DNA of 1,307 bases from Escherichia coli (GTDB lineage: Bacteria; Pseudomonadota; Gammaproteobacteria; Enterobacterales; Enterobacteriaceae). Shown piece by piece: positions 1 through 1,307 of the stretch. Positions within the stretch are counted from its first letter, which is position 1. Each line of letters starts with the position of its first letter. The notes beneath the pieces were generated by a model. The model did not search any database. It was not told where the DNA came from and was given only the letters and a program-made list of their open reading frames with translations. Location: assembly GCF_003334815.1 (NCBI RefSeq), contig NZ_QOWO01000101.1. One strand, given 5' to 3'. The position numbers were made by a program, and so were the translations under genes.

Positions 1-50
1 GACCCGCCGCAACGACGAAGAGCGCGTGCGCGAAACGGCGTTGCCCCTCA

Positions 51-76
51 CATCCCGGCGGCCTTTTGCCGGGATG
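51..76. other. GC-rich stem-loop (9-bp stem, 8-nt loop)
   Basis: CATCCCGGC (51-59) pairs with GCCGGGATG (68-76); loop GGCCTTTT. A second small hairpin GCGACCG-GAA-CGGTCGC lies at 111-127. Confidence 0.6.
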
Positions 77-290
77 CCGGGAGCGCAGGTCACGGCGCGA
101 CAGAGGCGGCGCGACCGGAACGGTCGCTGCAAGCCCGGGGTTTCGCGTCAGGGATGGAAGCCCGCCAGGGCGGAGACAGCTCCGCTGGCTCCGTTCACGA
201 CAGCCCGCCCCGCCAGGGGGACGCCCGGAAAAGGCATAAGCAGGAGAACAACAAAACAGACAGTAATCAGAGCAGCAGAAAAAAGAAGAA

Positions 291-353
291 CAGTAGCAGT
301 AGCAGTAGCAGTAGCAGTAGCAGTAGCAGTAGCAGTAGCAGTAGCAGTAGCAG
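291..353. repeat. perfect hexanucleotide tandem repeat (AGTAGC)x10, written CAGTAG x10 + CAG; simple-sequence repeat / VNTR-type tract
   Basis: Ten uninterrupted copies of a 6-bp unit at 292-351, with a partial copy on each side, read directly from the sequence. Imperfect AGC/AGA/AAG triplets precede it (271-290). It produces the poly-Ser, (Ala-Val)n, (Ala-Thr)n and poly-Leu runs seen in four ORF-track translations. Confidence 0.97.
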
Positions 354-425
354 GAACAACAACATCAGTAACAAACAAATGACAGGTCTGAAAAGACAGA
401 AGCCCACAGCAGAACGTCCGCGTAA

Positions 426-459
426 TGAAAGGGGCGGCGCGTCAGCGCGGCCCCTTTCA
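426..459. other. GC-rich stem-loop (10 bp + G.G mismatch + 4 bp stem, 4-nt loop)
   Basis: TGAAAGGGGC (426-435) pairs with GCCCCTTTCA (450-459); inner GCGC (437-440) pairs with GCGC (445-448); loop GTCA. Pairing checked base by base. No clean U-tract follows. Confidence 0.7.
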
Positions 460-605
460 GCGCCACCGGCGCGCGGTCTTTTCCCGGCGCGGGCAGACAG
501 GCATTTATCCTCCCGCCTGCCCGGCGTCTTCAGGCCCGCAGACGAATAATCATCATCGGAACACGTGTATAAGCAAACATGCCGCTCGACAGCTCCCCCG
601 GGAAT

Positions 606-637
606 GCAGAAGACGCCAGCAACGTCTTCTGCTGGCG
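606..637. terminator. terminator-like hairpin made of two overlapping, mutually exclusive palindromes; possibly bidirectional
   Basis: GCAGAAGACG (606-615) pairs with CGTCTTCTGC (623-632), 10-bp stem and 7-nt loop. Alternatively CGCCAGCA (614-621) pairs with TGCTGGCG (630-637). On the plus strand it is followed by TGATTTGTT (T-rich); on the minus strand it lies 9 nt past the stop of the 646..888 ORF and is followed by a pyrimidine-rich UCUUCUGCAUU. Neither U-tract is canonical. Confidence 0.35.
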
Positions 638-645
638 TGATTTGT

Positions 646-888
646 TCAGACCTCTGTCGAGCCGATCCATATACCATTCAGATAAGCATCAAATGCATCG
701 TTCCCCTCCTGCACTTCCTGCGGCTGAACAAGGTTCAGGCTTTCGTGTGTCCAGCCGGCTTCAGGTGCAGACACTTTCAGCAGAAGATGCCCATCAGAAT
801 CACGAATCTCCAGATCAGCAAACGTGTTCCCGGTCAGGATATCTGGTTCACCGGGTCGTTGATCTGTAACATATGTGATATATCCCAT
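646..888 (-). CDS. small acidic hypothetical protein, 80 aa
   Basis: Minus-strand ORF: ATG at 886-888 (complement), TGA stop at 646-648. A GGAG Shine-Dalgarno (plus 896-899, complement) lies 7 nt upstream of the ATG. Protein: MGYITYVTDQRPGEPDILTGNTFADLEIRDSDGHLLLKVSAPEAGWTHESLNLVQPQEVQEGNDAFDAYLNGIWIGSTEV, with 14 Asp/Glu against 3 Arg/Lys. The ORF track extends it to a GTG at 916-918, and an in-frame ATG at 901-903 is also possible, but neither has an RBS. A palindromic hairpin begins 9 nt past the stop. The overlapping plus-strand ORFs (565..906, 579..869) are Cys/Arg-rich and lack an RBS, so the minus frame is preferred. No family recognised. Confidence 0.5.
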   Translation of the reverse strand: MGYITYVTDQRPGEPDILTGNTFADLEIRDSDGHLLLKVSAPEAGWTHESLNLVQPQEVQEGNDAFDAYLNGIWIGSTEV

Positions 889-999
889 CCTTTCTCTCCA
901 CATTAAATATTTCAGCACTATCCGGGACGACGGTGCGGCCCGATTTTCGGTACTCCAGAGCCAGTTCAGCCATCAGAGCATCTTTCGCTTAATTTCCTG

Positions 1000-1039
1000 C
1001 CCCCTGATTGCCATTAACAAATCACCAACAATCAGGGGG
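1000..1039. repeat. perfect 11-bp inverted repeat CCCCCTGATTG / CAATCAGGGGG with an 18-bp spacer; function unknown (candidate protein-binding site or RNA stem-loop)
   Basis: Arm 1 at 1000-1010 and arm 2 at 1029-1039 are exact reverse complements; spacer 1011-1028 is CCATTAACAAATCACCAA. It lies 7 nt downstream (minus sense) of the stop of the 1047..1307 CDS. No U-tract follows on either strand, so it is not called a classical intrinsic terminator. Confidence 0.85.
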
Positions 1040-1046
1040 ATAATCA

Positions 1047-1307
1047 TCACACAGGACTGCTCATGGACTGACCGGCCTGTTGGCTGAAAAGCATCATCAG
1101 TGCACTCAAATCACTGGCTTTTTTTCTGATAACTGGCGTGTGATTTTCCACGCTGTCCAACAGCGCCCCCAGTTCATCATTGATTTGCCCTAACTGTTTC
1201 ATCAGCATTTCCGCATCCAGGCTGCTCTGGTATGCAAGATTTGCCTGAACAGCACGATTCTGCATGATGTCGATTTGTGCGATTGCGTCCTTCTGCTGAT
1301 CACCGGT
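1047..1307 (-). CDS. hypothetical protein, C-terminal portion (5' end probably lies beyond the right window edge); predicted alpha-helical
   Basis: Minus-strand frame is open from the window edge (1307) to a TGA stop at 1047-1049 (complement). Visible 86 residues: TGDQQKDAIAQIDIMQNRAVQANLAYQSSLDAEMLMKQLGQINDELGALLDSVENHTPVIRKKASDLSALMMLFSQQAGQSMSSPV. Codon choice looks like a genuine gene of a ~50% GC enterobacterial-like genome (CTG, CAG, GAA, AAA). The in-window ATG at 1263-1265 has no Shine-Dalgarno upstream, so it is probably an internal Met. No protein family recognised from the sequence. Confidence 0.6.
   Translation of the reverse strand, partial: TGDQQKDAIAQIDIMQNRAVQANLAYQSSLDAEMLMKQLGQINDELGALLDSVENHTPVIRKKASDLSALMMLFSQQAGQSMSSPV

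Noticed and set aside
51-127. REP/BIME-like extragenic palindromes
   Set aside because: The hairpins are GC-rich palindromes, but the sequence (GCCGGGATGCCGGG...) does not match the enterobacterial REP consensus as I recall it well enough to make the call.
291-353. Possible CRISPR array
   Set aside because: The repeats are 6 bp and directly abutting with no spacers. This is a simple-sequence tandem repeat, not a CRISPR repeat-spacer array.
148-378. Minus-strand ORF (76 aa) with an (Ala-Thr)n run
   Set aside because: Repeat-driven frame artifact; it overlaps other equally open frames and has no supporting signal.
26-382. Plus-strand ORF (118 aa) ending in an (Ala-Val)n run
   Set aside because: The Ala-Val run is just the hexanucleotide repeat read in another frame. 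The rest is Arg-rich low-complexity sequence from GC-rich DNA in which every frame is open. No RBS, no recognisable domain.
425-640. Plus-strand ORF (71 aa), highly basic
   Set aside because: Arg-rich translation typical of GC-rich non-coding DNA; no RBS; spans several hairpins.
267-677. Minus-strand ORF (136 aa) with a poly-Leu/Phe N-terminus
   Set aside because: The poly-Leu comes from the repeat and poly-Phe from the A-rich block read in antisense. The remainder is Arg/Gly-rich GC-driven sequence, and it would overlap the terminator-like hairpin and the start of the small ORF region.
565-906. Plus-strand ORFs 565..906 and 579..869, antisense to the small acidic ORF
   Set aside because: GTG/ATG starts without a Shine-Dalgarno, and Cys/Arg-rich composition typical of antisense reading. 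The minus-strand frame has a good RBS and a protein-like composition. This is not fully excluded without conservation data.
889-1000. Sigma70 promoter for the small ORF
   Set aside because: Only a weak -10-like TTTAAT/TATTTA is present (minus strand, about 15 nt upstream of the ATG), with no convincing -35 at proper spacing. Too weak to annotate as a feature.
546-1049. 10-bp direct repeat ATAATCATCA at 546-555 and 1040-1049 flanking the small ORF, considered as a possible target-site duplication or cassette boundary
   Set aside because: An exact 10-mer match somewhere in a 1.3-kb window is expected by chance about once (roughly 0.8 expected). The match does not extend on either side and no inverted-repeat termini lie inside it. 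Worth a second look only if homologous loci lack the intervening 494 bp.
875-1087. Plus-strand ORF (70 aa) spanning the intergenic spacer and palindrome
   Set aside because: It starts at a GTG inside the small ORF's start region, runs through the inverted repeat and overlaps the 3' end of the 1047..1307 gene in antisense. No RBS.

Overview
This 1307-bp window splits into two compositionally different parts. The left ~560 bp is unusual: two blocks of about 70-72% GC (1-235 and 426-540) flank an A-rich, T-poor block (236-425) centred on a perfect hexanucleotide tandem repeat, (AGTAGC)x10, at 291-353. Reading frames are open almost everywhere in this part, so ORF length proves nothing there and I call no CDS with confidence. 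The right ~750 bp is about 50% GC and carries two same-strand (minus) coding regions: the C-terminal part of a helical hypothetical protein (1047-1307, continues off the window) and a small, very acidic 80-aa ORF (646-888) with a good Shine-Dalgarno. A perfect 11-bp inverted repeat sits between them, and a palindromic terminator-like hairpin follows the small ORF. I could not assign either protein to a known family, and I cannot name the source organism; codon usage on the right looks enterobacterial-like. No rRNA, tRNA, CRISPR array or recognisable mobile-element end was seen. All coordinates and hairpins were worked out by hand from the sequence; no database search or folding computation was possible.
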